Below are positions 19,711 through 28,566 of a stretch of DNA of 64,000 bases, piece by piece (position 1 is the stretch's first letter; every line of letters begins with the position of its first letter). The notes beneath the pieces were generated by a model. That model ran no database searches, was not told the origin of the DNA, and was given only the letters and a program-made list of their open reading frames with translations. The stretch comes from Bacteroidota bacterium. Lineage in GTDB: Bacteria > Bacteroidota > Ignavibacteria > Kryptoniales > JAKASW01. The stretch lies in the NCBI GenBank assembly GCA_021812985.1, contig JAKAMG010000013.1, forward strand, positions 586 through 64,585, given 5' to 3'. The position numbers and the translations under genes were made by a program.

Positions 19711-20439
19711 TCACGCCCCGGCCAGCGAAATGGCATACATCGCCGCCAGTCCGAGGAGCATCGAGACGACCGATCCGAGACGTCTTCCTTTTACGTGGAA
19801 AGCTTCAGGCAGCAAGTCCATGGTTGCCACGTACAGGAATGTTCCCGCCGCGAGAGATGTCGGAATCCCCATTGACGCATGATTCATCCGTTCCATCATG
19901 AGGTAGGCGGCAACCGCTCCGAGAGGGGTCATAAGCGCATAAACCGCCAGCAGGTTAACAGACCTCTTGATCGGGAAATCCGAAAGCTTAAGCACCGTTG
20001 CGAGCGAGAACGCCTCGACAGACTTGTGCCCTATTATGGCGAGGAACATTACAAAGCCGAGCATCGAATTACCTGCCATCCCCACACCAAGAGCAACACC
20101 TGCCGTGAGGCTGTGTATGATCAGGCCCAGGAAGGCAGCCAAGCCTACCACGTCATGACGGTGCGGACAGTCAGGGCCGCAATCTTCATCATGATGCCTG
20201 AATGTGAGCTGTTCGAATATGAGGATGACCAGGAAACCTGCAAGGACGAAGGCAAACGCACCGTTGGAGTTCTTCACATCGGGGAGGAGATGGAAGAAAA
20301 CCGCCCCGAGAAAAACTCCGGCGCCAAAGGCCACGAAGAGGTGAAGCACGTCCGACTTCCACTCTCTTACGAATGGCAACGCGGAACCGACGGCGGCAAA
20401 CAAGAAAATCACAGATATGTATTCGGCAAGACGATCCAA
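19711..20439 (-). CDS. ZIP family metal (zinc) transporter, ZupT-like
   Basis: 242 aa, about 8 TM. His-rich cytoplasmic loop HHDEDCGPDCPHRHD. ZIP-like helices HSLTAGVALG and GHKSVEAFSLA. Confidence 0.75.
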   Translation of the reverse strand: MDRLAEYISVIFLFAAVGSALPFVREWKSDVLHLFVAFGAGVFLGAVFFHLLPDVKNSNGAFAFVLAGFLVILIFEQLTFRHHDEDCGPDCPHRHDVVGLAAFLGLIIHSLTAGVALGVGMAGNSMLGFVMFLAIIGHKSVEAFSLATVLKLSDFPIKRSVNLLAVYALMTPLGAVAAYLMMERMNHASMGIPTSLAAGTFLYVATMDLLPEAFHVKGRRLGSVVSMLLGLAAMYAISLAGA

Positions 20440-20531
20440 TTGAGAAATCCCTTTTTCCTATAAGATGTCAAATCGCGAGCTAAGTTGCGGAATGGCCACG
20501 TCCCTGTGACCTTGCCTTAGTTTTAGTCAAA

Positions 20532-20544
20532 TGTTATACTAACA
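20532..20544. promoter_or_regulatory. Perfect 5-3-5 palindrome TGTTA-tac-TAACA (Fur/Zur-family-like operator candidate)
   Basis: It sits in AAATGTTATACTAACAAAG in the divergent region between the ZIP transporter gene and the ECF sigma gene. The left half is identical to the Zur-box half AAATGTTATA as I recall it. Confidence 0.25.
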
Positions 20545-20583
20545 AAGTCATTTTCAATTGAAAGAGTCTCTTTTCTTCCTTTT

Positions 20584-21174
20584 ATGAGCATAGATCAGAT
20601 CCCTGCGAAGCACAAGAACTTCGAAAAAGAGATGCTGCCGCACATGCCGGCACTCTATAATTTTGCCTTACGGATGACCGGGGATCCCGATGACGCGAAA
20701 GACCTCGTCCAGGAAACATACATGAAGGCCTTCCGTTTTTTCGACAAGTATGCGCAGGGAACGAATGCCAAGGCGTGGTTGTTCCGAATAATGAAGAATT
20801 CGTACATCAACCGATATCGGAAGGAATCAAAGGAACCCGATAAGGTCGATTACGACGACATTAAGGATTTCTACGTAAGCGTTAAGGACTCCGCGGTCGA
20901 TACGAACGACTTGCAGGAGAAGATATTCGGCAACCTGTTCGAGGATGAGGTGGCGAAGGCGCTTCAGGTTCTTCCTGAAGACTTCAGAACCGTCGTGATA
21001 CTTTGCGACATAGAAGGATATACTTATGAGGAGATCGCCGATTTCATCGAGGTTCCAATCGGTACCGTCAGGTCACGCCTCCACCGCGGGAGGAAGATGC
21101 TGAGATCGATGTTGAGGGAATACGCGCTCGGAAGAGGGTTCAAGGACGCCGAAGTAGAAACGGACGAGGATTGA
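20584..21174 (+). CDS. ECF-type RNA polymerase sigma-70 factor
   Basis: 196 aa. Region 2 [14 protein letters not shown]. Region 4 [29 protein letters not shown]. Confidence 0.9.
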   Translation: MSIDQIPAKHKNFEKEMLPHMPALYNFALRMTGDPDDAKDLVQETYMKAFRFFDKYAQGTNAKAWLFRIMKNSYINRYRKESKEPDKVDYDDIKDFYVSVKDSAVDTNDLQEKIFGNLFEDEVAKALQVLPEDFRTVVILCDIEGYTYEEIADFIEVPIGTVRSRLHRGRKMLRSMLREYALGRGFKDAEVETDED

Positions 21175-21195
21175 CTACAGAGGGAGCTGTAAGGA

Positions 21196-22059
21196 TTGGA
21201 CTGCAGAGAGTCACGCGAGTTGATGAGCGGAGCCGTCGACAATGAGCTCCACGGCGAAGAGGCGGAAGGCTTTTTCGAGCACATAGAGATCTGCGGCAGC
21301 TGCAGGGACGAATACGAGCTCGAGGCGCTGACCAAGTCTTACATCAAACGAAAGATCGCTTTCGTGCGGGTTCCTGTCAGCCTCGAGAGGGCAATAAGGG
21401 AGATGATTTTTTCGGATACCGGATTGCTTAAACAAGGCGCCTTGATTTCACGACCATTTACAAATCCGCTCTTCCAACCGGTCATGGCAATTCTCACCGT
21501 GGTGCTCATAGGCGTGGCGCTTTTCTTCGCCAACAGGCCAAATCTGATAATGCCCGCCGGTTCTTCCCCTCCCGACTCTGAAGCGGCGGTCCAGCAGGGA
21601 CCTCAAGACATGCTCATCGCCGCGATGAACAATTTTCAGGATGTCCTAAGCGGCAAATTCAAATCTCAGATAACCGCCATCACCTCCGCGGACGTTTCGA
21701 ACTTCGTGAACGAAAAGACCGGGGAATCCGTGAAGCTTCCCGTAATTAACGAAGCCGATTGGATAGGCGGAAGCGTTTCAAGCGGGGGGAGCAAGGCAGT
21801 GCAGGCGGTCTACAAGATTGGCGAAGGATACATTTACATCTACACCCTTCCGGAGAACGATGTCACCGCCGGAGTGCTTTCACTCCCGCCCTCCTGTGCC
21901 AGCACGATTAAGAAGGGGGAATGGTACTGGGGAATGGATGAGAACGGAGACACGCAGGCGGCGTGGACATCAGGCAGCCGCGTTTTCGTGGCAACGACTA
22001 ATCTTGACAAGAAGGACCTTGCCGGCTACCTCAAGGCCGGGGGGAGGAATCCACAATGA
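21196..22059 (+). CDS. Anti-sigma factor (zf-HC2 type), single-pass membrane protein
   Basis: 287 aa. N-terminal H-x3-C-x2-C motif (HIEICGSCRDEYE). TM segment FQPVMAILTVVLIGVALFFA. Immediately follows the ECF sigma gene. Confidence 0.7.
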   Translation: MDCRESRELMSGAVDNELHGEEAEGFFEHIEICGSCRDEYELEALTKSYIKRKIAFVRVPVSLERAIREMIFSDTGLLKQGALISRPFTNPLFQPVMAILTVVLIGVALFFANRPNLIMPAGSSPPDSEAAVQQGPQDMLIAAMNNFQDVLSGKFKSQITAITSADVSNFVNEKTGESVKLPVINEADWIGGSVSSGGSKAVQAVYKIGEGYIYIYTLPENDVTAGVLSLPPSCASTIKKGEWYWGMDENGDTQAAWTSGSRVFVATTNLDKKDLAGYLKAGGRNPQ

Positions 22060-22652
22060 TCAAAAAGCTCGCCATCCTGTCACTTCTAGCGATGCTGAGT
22101 TCCTGCGCGAAGCAGCCTTCCACGCAGACTCAGAAGGCCTCCACGGCCCAGGCACAGTCGGGAACGAACCACATCGCGAACGTGTCGATCGTCAAAGGAG
22201 TGGTCCCAATCGCCGGCAAGGCCGCGTCTGATTTCACTTGGTATGACAGCGATGGCAAGAGTGTCTCTTTGAGTGACCTGAAAGGGAAGATAGTCCTCGT
22301 GAATTTCTGGGCGACGTGGTGCGGTCCATGCAAGTCAGAACTTCCTGACATCGAAGCCGTCAGCAAAGAGTACGCCGCCAAAGGATTTGTGGTGGTTGGG
22401 GTATCTGAGGACAGAGGAGACAACCTTGTAAAAGACGTGTCCGATTTCGCCAGAGACAACGGATTGACTTACCAGATAGTCATCGACAACGATAACATCG
22501 CCAACGCTTACGGCAACATCAACGCCATTCCCACCTCGTTCCTCGTGAACAAAGAAGGACAGATAGCCGAGAAGTGGATAGGCGTCAGGGACAGGGCCTT
22601 CTTTGAATCAACCGTTAAGAAGTACCTGAACCAGGGTTCCGTTACGAAGTAG
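22056..22652 (+). CDS. TlpA/ResA-like thiol:disulfide oxidoreductase lipoprotein
   Basis: 198 aa. Lipobox LSSC. Thioredoxin motif WATWCGPC. ATGA overlap with the anti-sigma gene. Confidence 0.85.
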   Translation: MIKKLAILSLLAMLSSCAKQPSTQTQKASTAQAQSGTNHIANVSIVKGVVPIAGKAASDFTWYDSDGKSVSLSDLKGKIVLVNFWATWCGPCKSELPDIEAVSKEYAAKGFVVVGVSEDRGDNLVKDVSDFARDNGLTYQIVIDNDNIANAYGNINAIPTSFLVNKEGQIAEKWIGVRDRAFFESTVKKYLNQGSVTK

Positions 22653-22702
22653 TTCTCTAAGCTTAAGGCCACCGGCAGCGATTTAGACAAAGGCCGGCAC
22701 GG

Positions 22703-25700
22703 CTAAGAGTCGAGAACTTCCCTCACCTTTTTTGCGAGCGTGAACGGCGTGAACGGTTTTTGTATGAACTCCACGTCGTCGTCCAAAACTCCGCGGTGCG
22801 CGATGACGTTTGCAGTGTACCCCGACATGAATATCGTCTTAATTTCAGGCTTGAGCACATGGATCCTGTTACGAAGCTCCTTCCCGTTCATCGTAGGCAT
22901 TATCACATCCGTCAGGAGGAGATGTATTCTCTCATGATAAGACTCAGAAATGAGTAGCCCCTCACCGGGGGTAAGCGCGGTCAGGACCTTGTAGCCGTAT
23001 TCCTCTAGGCTGTTCTTGGCCAGCTCCAGTAGCTCGGCCTGATCCTCGACCACAAGTAGGGTCTCAGTTCCCCTGACATCCTCGGCGGGTCCCTTCGGCT
23101 CCGACTTCTCGAGCTCGCCATAAAAGCGAGGGAGATATATTTTGAAGGTCGTTCCGCTCTTCGGTTCGCTGTACACGTTTATGATCCCGCCATTCTGTTT
23201 CACGATACCATAGACCGTCGATAGTCCAAGGCCGGTGCCTTCTCCCTTCGGCTTCGTCGTGAAGAACGGCTCAAAGATCTTGTCGAGAGTGTCTTTGCCC
23301 ATTCCTTTCCCATCGTCCGAAAACGTGAGGAGAACATATTCGCCTGGAGTCACGGAGAGCCTGTTTTGAGAGTAAGCCTCGCTTATCAGGCAGTTCGTCG
23401 TTTCTATGAACACGCTCCCTACTCCTTCAATCGCGTCCCTCGCATTCGTCGCGAGGTTTACCAGAATCTGGTCAAACTGCGTGGGATCTATTTTGATGTG
23501 CCAGATGTCCGTTCCAGGAACAAATTTCAGCGATATGTCTTCGCCGATGAGCTTCGCAAGCATCTTCTGGAGAGAGGTTATCGCCAGGTTTGGATCGACA
23601 GGTTTTGGGGAGACGATCTCCCTTCTCGCGAAAGCCAGGAGCTGTCTTGTGAGATCCGTGCCCCGCTTCGCGGCAGAATCTATCAGCTCAACGTATCTGT
23701 AGATTTGATCACCCTTGTTGAGTTTTCCCAGTATAAGCTGAGAGTATCCCGTCACGACGCCTAGCATATTGTTGTAGTCATGAGCGATACCTCCGGCCAG
23801 TCTTCCTATCCCTTCCATCTTCTGCGCTTGCAAGAGCTGCTCCTGCAGCATCTTTCTCTCCGTTATGTCGTAAACCGAAACGAGTATCGCAGGTTTGCCC
23901 TGATATTCTATGAGTGAAGCGTTCAGATCTGCCCATCTCGCTTCGCCGTTTTTCCGTACGATCTCCAATTCGGAACGTTTCAGGACATCTTCGCCCCTCA
24001 GTCTTCTGTCAACTCTCTCACGAAGCGCGGTGCGATCGGCGGGGAAATGTATATCCAAGGGAGCCATGTCCACCAGCTCGTCCATGCCGTACCCGAGCAG
24101 GTCTAGAGCTGTCGGATTGGCGTAAAGGAAATGATTCCCGTCATGTATCCATATCCCGGCCGCGGAACCCTCGACAACAGCCCTGAACTTCTGCTCACTC
24201 TCGCGGAGCGCCTGTTCTGCTTTTCTCCGTTCCGTAACATCTCTCGCAGCGGCGTAAAGCGTTTTCCCATCCGGAGAAGGGCTGGCCTTCCATTCCAAAG
24301 TCCTGTAGCTTCCATCTTTACAGCGGTAACGGTTGACGAAATTGACAGTCATCTCTCCCGCAACCTGATTCTGTACTTCGCGCAATGTCGATTCAACGTC
24401 ATCAGGATGAATTAAGTCCGTGAGTGGGATAGGGAGCATTTCATCGGGAGTGAAACCCAGCGTCTTCTCCCAGGCGGCGTTCAATTTCCTGAAGTAGCCG
24501 TCGGTCCCTGCAATGCAGACCATGTCCGGCACGAGATCGAAGAATCTTGAAAGCTCCTCTTCTGCCCTCCGCAGGTCGGTTATATCACGGCCAATCGCCG
24601 ACGCGCCCACTATCTTGCCGTTTGCGTCCCGTATCGGCGACACGGTAAGGGAGACTTCTATTATCGTCCCATCCTTCCTGAGGCGCTTCGTGAGCTGGTG
24701 CGAAACATGCCCTCCGTTCTTGATCATCTCCAGTATACCTGGAATCTCATCGTCGTTCCCCGCGGGAACCAACGTTTGCACCGGTCTGCCAATGATTTCT
24801 TCCGCCTTGTAGCCATAGATTCTCTCGGCACTAGCGTTCCAGCTTGTCACTATCCCATCAAGGTCCTTGCTGATGATCGCGTCGTCTGAAGACTCGACAA
24901 TGGAGGCGAGCTGGGTGACTTTCTCTGCGGCCAGCTTCCTTTCCGTCACGTCCTGGATGGTTCCAAACATCCTGACCGGCTCTCCGTGTTCATCGAATTC
25001 AAGATCCCCAAGCCCATGAACCCACAACACTTCGCCGTCGCTGAACCTTCTTATTCTGTACTCCCGGTCGAACCCTTTCTTTTCCACCAACACAGCGTTC
25101 CTGAAGTATGAATCCATTTCGCCGCGGTGATCCGGATGAACGAGAGTCATCCAGGCTTCAAGGCTGTGGTGAAAAGTAGAGTCGATCCCGAAAATCTCGT
25201 CGAGCATTTCGGAGCACGTCCACAACCCGGTTCTGATGTCCAGATTATAGTATCCTATTCTGCTCACGCGTTGCGAGCGCTTGAGCTGGAATTCGCTCTC
25301 AGTGATTTTGCGCTCGGCTTCTCTTTCCCTGGTCTGGTCTCTGAAAATCAGAACAACTCCGATGACCTTGCCGTCTTTGTCGAGGATGGGAGCGCCGCTG
25401 TCAGCGATGGGACGTCTGGTTCCATCCCTGGATATCAAAAGCGTATGGTTTGCAAGCCCGACGATCCGCCCTTCGCGGAGCACCAGCTCAGAGGGGCTCT
25501 GTACGATGGCACCCGTATCCTCATTCACTATTCTAAATATCTCACCCAGCGGTTTTCCGCGAGCATCACTCTCTTCCCACCCCGTGAGATGCTCGGCGAC
25601 GGGGTTCATCTGCTTCACCCTGCTCTCAACATTGGTCGTGATCACCGCATCTCCTATGCTGTAAAGAGTCGCCCTCAACTCTTCCCGGACCTCGCGTCTG

Positions 25701-26716
25701 GCCGCTTCGCTTTCATACAGTTCCCTGTAAATAGAGACCTGACTGTGCCTGTAGGCATACGCGGTTGCCGAAATTGAGAGAGTCACGAGGAGTGCGACGA
25801 GAAGGGCAACGGTCCTCCCCCGACTGTGCGCCTCAGCAAGCACTTCGCCTTCACTCAACTGCGTCACAAGAGACCATGGCGTCCCGGGTATGCGCGACAG
25901 ATCTGCAAGAACGCTCTTCCCTGCCAGATTCCTCCCCCTGAAAATCCCGGTCTTTCCAAGTGCCGCCTGGACTTCAGACAATTCACCGGACGCCAGTGGA
26001 AACTCGGCAACGAGTGCACTGTCATGCCCAACCCCGGTGTCGCTTAGGAGCACGCCGCGGTTGCCGCGCCGCTCGAGGAGACGGGTTTCGGCCGCAAACC
26101 TGGGCACCGGCCACGAGTTGATGAGTGGATAAAGGAATGTGCCGGCATTGCTCCGGAGGACCACTGCTGCGACAGCTTTGCCCGAACCGTCGACCACGGC
26201 ATCAATTGCATCTATGTGAATATTCCCGCTTTCACCCCTGAAGAAGTCCGTCAGTACCGGCTTGCTGCTTTTCAAAGCCAGGTTAAGAGTCGCAAGCTCG
26301 GAGGCGTTTATCCTGTTTCCGATCGACGCGGCCGACAGGAGAATCCGTCCTGTAGTATCCACTATGAAGGCGTTGCTGTAAAGTCCGAGTTGCTGCTCCA
26401 GTCTCAGCCTTCCCATCTCTGCCAAACGGAGCCGCTGATTGCCAGGAGTGCGGACGAGCGTCACAATGGCGTCTCTTGTCAGAGGACTTCCGGCAAGAAC
26501 CCTGGCATCCGCCAGGCGCTCTTCCCGCCACTGCTCTATCTCTTTGACCTTGAGTGAAGCGACAGACCTGAGTTGGCTGTACCGCTCGGCGAGAATCCTC
26601 CGCTTCTCAGCATGGTAATATAGGATGCCTGAGAATATCAGCCCTGCGCTGATGACTAAGAGTAGAAATGCCCAAAACTGAAGTGATGACCGCGTGCTTC
26701 GGAAACTTTCATTCAT
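22703..26716 (-). CDS. Hybrid sensor histidine kinase (periplasmic sensor, multiple PAS domains, HisKA, HATPase, receiver)
   Basis: 1337 aa. Two TM segments flank a roughly 270-aa extracytoplasmic domain. Several PAS repeats. H-box [14 protein letters not shown] boxes [14 protein letters not shown] and GTGLGLS, and C-terminal [16 protein letters not shown]. Confidence 0.85.
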   Translation of the reverse strand: MNESFRSTRSSLQFWAFLLLVISAGLIFSGILYYHAEKRRILAERYSQLRSVASLKVKEIEQWREERLADARVLAGSPLTRDAIVTLVRTPGNQRLRLAEMGRLRLEQQLGLYSNAFIVDTTGRILLSAASIGNRINASELATLNLALKSSKPVLTDFFRGESGNIHIDAIDAVVDGSGKAVAAVVLRSNAGTFLYPLINSWPVPRFAAETRLLERRGNRGVLLSDTGVGHDSALVAEFPLASGELSEVQAALGKTGIFRGRNLAGKSVLADLSRIPGTPWSLVTQLSEGEVLAEAHSRGRTVALLVALLVTLSISATAYAYRHSQVSIYRELYESEAARREVREELRATLYSIGDAVITTNVESRVKQMNPVAEHLTGWEESDARGKPLGEIFRIVNEDTGAIVQSPSELVLREGRIVGLANHTLLISRDGTRRPIADSGAPILDKDGKVIGVVLIFRDQTREREAERKITESEFQLKRSQRVSRIGYYNLDIRTGLWTCSEMLDEIFGIDSTFHHSLEAWMTLVHPDHRGEMDSYFRNAVLVEKKGFDREYRIRRFSDGEVLWVHGLGDLEFDEHGEPVRMFGTIQDVTERKLAAEKVTQLASIVESSDDAIISKDLDGIVTSWNASAERIYGYKAEEIIGRPVQTLVPAGNDDEIPGILEMIKNGGHVSHQLTKRLRKDGTIIEVSLTVSPIRDANGKIVGASAIGRDITDLRRAEEELSRFFDLVPDMVCIAGTDGYFRKLNAAWEKTLGFTPDEMLPIPLTDLIHPDDVESTLREVQNQVAGEMTVNFVNRYRCKDGSYRTLEWKASPSPDGKTLYAAARDVTERRKAEQALRESEQKFRAVVEGSAAGIWIHDGNHFLYANPTALDLLGYGMDELVDMAPLDIHFPADRTALRERVDRRLRGEDVLKRSELEIVRKNGEARWADLNASLIEYQGKPAILVSVYDITERKMLQEQLLQAQKMEGIGRLAGGIAHDYNNMLGVVTGYSQLILGKLNKGDQIYRYVELIDSAAKRGTDLTRQLLAFARREIVSPKPVDPNLAITSLQKMLAKLIGEDISLKFVPGTDIWHIKIDPTQFDQILVNLATNARDAIEGVGSVFIETTNCLISEAYSQNRLSVTPGEYVLLTFSDDGKGMGKDTLDKIFEPFFTTKPKGEGTGLGLSTVYGIVKQNGGIINVYSEPKSGTTFKIYLPRFYGELEKSEPKGPAEDVRGTETLLVVEDQAELLELAKNSLEEYGYKVLTALTPGEGLLISESYHERIHLLLTDVIMPTMNGKELRNRIHVLKPEIKTIFMSGYTANVIAHRGVLDDDVEFIQKPFTPFTLAKKVREVLDS

Positions 26717-27037
26717 AGATAGTTCCTCTTGGTGCTTCGTCTTATCAAGTGTCGATCTGCTTAGCCAACTCGCCTAAGTTAAATGCCGTATGAGTAATCT
26801 CGATCTATTTGAAAGACTTCAAGAAAGTTTAACAGAAGAACATATCTGCCTTGAATGTCGATGCGCTTCGAACCGTTTAACGTAATGACACAGATCGAAT
26901 TTTGCAATGGCAAGCGGACCGGGGATTTGTTTGTGAGGCCTGCCGTGGCTCAGTCAAAATCCATGACAAAAGATTCGCAGCTGTTGAGCCGCTCTATACT
27001 GGTACGGCATGTTGAGGGGGAAGAGCAACTTGCTGGG

Positions 27038-27110
27038 TAGCGCTAACGGGAGTCGAACCCGTGTTTTCGCCTTGAGAGGGCGACGTCCTAGGCCACTAGA
27101 CGATAGCGCC
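27038..27110 (-). tRNA. tRNA-Glu (anticodon CUC)
   Basis: 73 nt with a hand-folded cloverleaf. Acceptor GGCGCTA/TAGCGCT, D arm GTCT..GGAC, anticodon arm TCGCC-CTCTCAA-GGCGA, T arm ACGGG-TTCGACT-CCCGT. CCA is not encoded. Confidence 0.85.
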
Positions 27111-27115
27111 ATGAG

Positions 27116-27195
27116 AATTCAAAATTTCAAATTCTCAATTCTAAATGTGGGAAGGATTACCCAATTCAAAATTGTGAATTTAGGATTCAAAATTC
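27116..27195. repeat. Three exact copies of ATTCAAAATT in the AT-rich tRNA-Glu/tRNA-Gln spacer
   Basis: Copies at 27117-27126, 27164-27173 and 27186-27195. On the minus strand each reads AATTTTGAAT. Confidence 0.8.
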
Positions 27196-27204
27196 CGAGA
27201 AAAG

Positions 27205-27277
27205 CTGCCCGGCTAGGGCTCGAACCTAGACTTTCCTGATCCAGAGTCAGGCGTGTTGCCAATTACACCACCGGGCA
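27205..27277 (-). tRNA. tRNA-Gln (anticodon CUG)
   Basis: 73 nt. Acceptor TGCCCGG/CCGGGCA (U1-A72, discriminator G, as typical for tRNA-Gln). D arm GTGT-AATTGGCA-ACAC, anticodon arm CCTGA-CTCTGGA-TCAGG, T arm CTAGG-TTCGAGC-CCTAG. CCA is not encoded. Confidence 0.88.
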
Positions 27278-27494
27278 ATTATTCATCAAACTCTTTGTAA
27301 ACGAACGAGGCTTTTCCCGCCTGGGGCGGGACGTATTGCCACGCACACCACCGGGCAATTATTCTTCAAACTCTTTGTAAACGAACGAGGCTTTTCCCGC
27401 CTGGGGCGGGACGTATTGCCAGGCACACCACCGGGCAATTATTCTTCAAACTCTTTGTAAACGAACGAGGCTTTTCCCGCCTGGGGCGGGACGT
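27255..27494. repeat. 80-bp tandem repeat x3: tRNA-Gln upstream leader plus the first ~25 nt of the tRNA
   Basis: Period is exactly 80 bp. ttgcca...acaccaccgggcaatt recurs at 27255, 27335 and 27415. The leader segment attattcNtcaaactctttgtaaacgaacgaggcttttcccgcctggggcgggacgt recurs three times with a single mismatch. Confidence 0.92.
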
Positions 27495-27749
27495 GTCTCC
27501 TGCATCGGCTTCAATAATCCGCGAATTCCGCCATTCCTTAGCGGTCGCCGAAAAATGACACCAAAATTTAGCTCTTCCATTCCAATTTCCCAAGAGACTT
27601 TTGTCCCAATACTGTTAGAAATCAGAATGAATGAGATGTGCCCTCGCCAGGGACCGCAGGCCAAGCGAGTGAAAGGCCTCCGATCTGCCGCAATCCCTTC
27701 CAGCGGCAGGAGTTACAAGCCCCTCTGTCGCCAATTGAAATTGAGAGGC

Positions 27750-28277
27750 TTACTGATGAGTCGATTCGTACGCCTCAACTCCCTTTGTTATCGCCTCCTT
27801 CGCTGAGCGCGCGGGCTCCCAACCGAAACTCTTGACGAACTTCCCTTCGAGCTCCTTGTACGTCTCAAAGAAGTGTTCCGCTTCACGGAGGAAGTGCTTT
27901 GCCACGTCCGTTATGTCAAACACGTGGTTGTAGCGGGGGTCGAGAGAAGGGACCGCAAGTATCTTGCTGTCTGAACCTTTCTCGTCCTTCATTACAAGGA
28001 CACCAACAGGACGGGCGCGTAGCAGAAGCCCTGTCTGAAGAGGTTCCTCGTTGAGGACCAGAACATCCAATGGATCGCCATCTTCCCAAAGTGTGTGAGG
28101 AATGAATCCGTAAGCAGTTGGGTAATGAACGGCGGAGTACAACACGCGATCCAGCCTGAACACTTCCAGAACCGGATCATATTCGATCTTAGTGTGAGTT
28201 CCTTTCGGGATTTCGATAATCACGTTGACTTCTTCAGGAGCTTTCTCTCCTACGGGAAGATCTTTCAGGTTAGGCAT
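27750..28277 (-). CDS. ppa: Inorganic pyrophosphatase (family I)
   Basis: 175 aa. Carries EDGDPLDVLVL and VLVMKDEKGSDSKILAVP. Confidence 0.93.
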   Translation of the reverse strand: MPNLKDLPVGEKAPEEVNVIIEIPKGTHTKIEYDPVLEVFRLDRVLYSAVHYPTAYGFIPHTLWEDGDPLDVLVLNEEPLQTGLLLRARPVGVLVMKDEKGSDSKILAVPSLDPRYNHVFDITDVAKHFLREAEHFFETYKELEGKFVKSFGWEPARSAKEAITKGVEAYESTHQ

Positions 28278-28498
28278 CTAAACTCTCTTTCACAGTTGTA
28301 ACACACTGATTTCTTGAAATTGCACGACAGCGGACGGTCATCCATCACGAGGACGGACAACGCGGCGTGCTCCACATCTTATCAGAACAAGAACAGCGCC
28401 GGATTCGTTCGGAAGTTCGACACGAAACTTCAATCTATCAGGCGGGACCTGCGGGGACGAAAAGAATACGAATTCTACTTAGGCAGGGCCCTAAATGA

Positions 28499-28540
28499 CG
28501 AAAGGTGGCAACCGAGCGAGCCACCTTTCGCTTCTTTTAC
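28499..28540 (-). terminator. Hairpin terminator candidate after the MCP gene
   Basis: AAAGGTGGC-N10-GCCACCTTT, a 9-bp stem about 30 nt downstream of the stop at 28567. The T-tract is only modest on either strand. Confidence 0.45.
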
Positions 28541-28566
28541 CTTCCAAGCGGGGAGGAAGGAATTTA

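Noticed and set aside
27255-27494. Possible CRISPR array, because of regularly spaced repeats with a GC hairpin
   Set aside because: The whole 80-bp unit is repeated. There are no unique spacers between repeats, only three copies, no cas genes, and the repeat contains the 5' end of tRNA-Gln.
27038-27664. Genomic island or prophage integrated at the tRNA genes. Also the small ORFs 27366-27593 and 27446-27664.
   Set aside because: No integrase, transposase or phage-like gene lies on either side (a kinase on one side, ppa on the other). The duplicated part is the tRNA 5' end, not the 3' end. The two ORFs simply translate the repeat (both contain PAPGGKSLVRLQRV) and are artefacts.
27495-27749. 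Possible structured ncRNA (SRP RNA, 6S, RNase P, tmRNA) between the repeat array and ppa
   Set aside because: I could not find any of the conserved signature sequences of these RNAs on either strand. No call is possible without a covariance-model scan.
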